Assembly (NCBI RefSeq): GCF_025526975.1
Contig: NW_026515702.1
Location: 248,001 to 312,000 of the forward strand
DNA: 64,000 bases
Direction of reading: 5' to 3'
Source: Fimicolochytrium jonesii
Lineage: Eukaryota
The notes under the pieces are model-generated. The model was not told where the DNA came from. It ran no database searches and saw nothing but the letters and a program-made list of their open reading frames with translations. A program made the translations under genes and the position numbers. Shown piece after piece: positions 62,649 through 64,000 of this stretch (the stretch's first letter is position 1; each line of letters opens with the position of its first letter).

Positions 62649-63683
62649 CAAGACCCCCTGGGTTGGGTTTTATTATTGGGTTGCCTGGAACCCTAGGGAC
62701 TTAGAAATTTTCGAGTTTTTTGGCTTTTGGGTGTGTTCTACAGTTCGAATTTTTGACTCTGAGGGGTGTAGTGGCCGGGGGTGTTGCGCACCTAGGCAAG
62801 TCGGGGAGGACTAGGTGTGCAAGGGCAAGTGATGGGTCATATGGGCGGTGGTGCGGGTACGGGGGGGGCAGGGGTGCCAATAGGGGGGGGGGGGTTGATA
62901 TAAAGGGGACATATATGTTATATATACGTTATAGGACTTGTGCAAATTGGGATTTTTTTAGTGCCGATCCGGAGTTGGCGTCCTAATTGAAAAGTTGGCC
63001 CCATATCATATTCTCTAATTGAAGTACTCTCGGATTGGCAATCCGTGCGGAAACGGCTTCAGAAACTTAGAAAAACGAAATTTTCACGCGACGGGGGGTA
63101 AAAAGTTGGAAAATGTGGTGATATCTCAACATCTGGCTGACTATCCAGTGTTGGGCACTTAATGAAAGTTGATTGTAGCCTATGGTTTGCATAGCTGATG
63201 TGGTAGCAAATCTTGTGTAACCTCGCTTTTGGCTGAAGAACAGGGCCCCTTTTCAATTCTCAAATCGTGACCCCCAAGACCTCCTAACGAAAGACGCGAG
63301 TACGTATGTGCAGGCAAAGGGGTTTGGCCGTGTTCTCCAGTAAACATTTTGTGATTCCGCTGTGCATCGTAGACTGTTTGTAGGACCCTTGCGGTATGTT
63401 ATTTACCAAAACTGTTGAACATTTTCCGGTTAAAGCAGTGTTCTACAGTTTGTCCATGCAGGTTAGAGGCACGTGACCTGGGCCTGCTTGCAGGGTACGC
63501 AGAGTGAGAGGGTTGGGGTTAGAGATTTCCCAGATCACTTATTAAATTCAGCCAAACTGTCTCTGTCATGGAACATTTAAAATGGTGGAAAGTAGTATTG
63601 CATTTATTGATTTAGAGTACATTGGAAAAGCGCACATTCAGAAAAGGGTTTTGGTGTAAAGTTATCAACGACATTCAACAGTA

Positions 63684-64000
63684 CTAAAGGACTTCCGCAA
63701 GCATGTCACGGACTTGGTTCTGTCCAAAAGTCGTACGGCACTCAGGGTACCTGGCGCAGCGGAGACGGAAACGATGCTGACCGCCAATGCTATGAAAAGC
63801 TGAGCCTCCACAGTTGGGACATTGAAGCTGATCACGATGCTGATGGAAGAGTTCACGGATATTGCCAATGGGAGCAGCATCAGGCACTTCCCCATCCCCA
63901 TGACCCCACCAAGCACGAGCAGGATCAATGACGGGTGCAATGCCTTTGAACCATCCGGGATTGAAACCAAAAGAGTTGAGAACGTCTCGGAAGCGCTGAC
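63684..64000 (-). CDS. C-terminus of a protein with a C4 zinc ribbon (topoisomerase-type); 5' part outside the window
   Basis: Open frame from the window edge: ...QLQCPNCGGSAFHSIGGQHRFRLRCARYPECRTTFGQNQVRDMLAEVL*; CxxC...CxxYPxC pattern. Confidence 0.55.
   Translation of the reverse strand, partial: QRFRDVLNSFGFNPGWFKGIAPVIDPARAWWGHGDGEVPDAAPIGNIRELFHQHRDQLQCPNCGGSAFHSIGGQHRFRLRCARYPECRTTFGQNQVRDMLAEVL

Noticed and set aside
1..64000. rRNA or tRNA genes
   Set aside because: None recognised by eye; a tRNAscan-SE/Infernal run would be needed to exclude them.

Overview
This is eukaryotic, intron-rich DNA, most likely from an early-diverging (chytrid-like) fungus, judged from a class IV-type chitin synthase, an opsin-like class A GPCR, TTAGGG telomeric repeats and short GT-AG introns. 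Host genes are a proteasome assembly chaperone 1-like gene, TRAP-alpha, several 7TM/multi-TM proteins, an opsin-like GPCR, an EF-hand protein, two ricin-B lectins, an S8 subtilase, a GT32 mannosyltransferase, a Pho88/SND3 pseudogene, two auxin-efflux-carrier-like transporters, a GPI-anchored protein and chitin synthase. The most notable content is two unrelated Fanzor (eukaryotic TnpB-like RNA-guided nuclease) families. Family A survives in three pieces; two share a structured 3' end (candidate omegaRNA) and appear to have duplicated a TA target inside host genes. Family B has four spliceosomal introns and abuts a DIRS-like tyrosine-recombinase retroelement. All three Fanzor 3' ends read TTG|TAA (the family B end is inferred from the motif alone), and the same junction marks an unknown segment joined to an interstitial telomere tract that truncates a DIRS/Ngaro-like gag. 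There is also a highly diverged cyclin-fold gene within repeat-rich DNA. All calls come from manual reading and motif recognition; no database searches were run.
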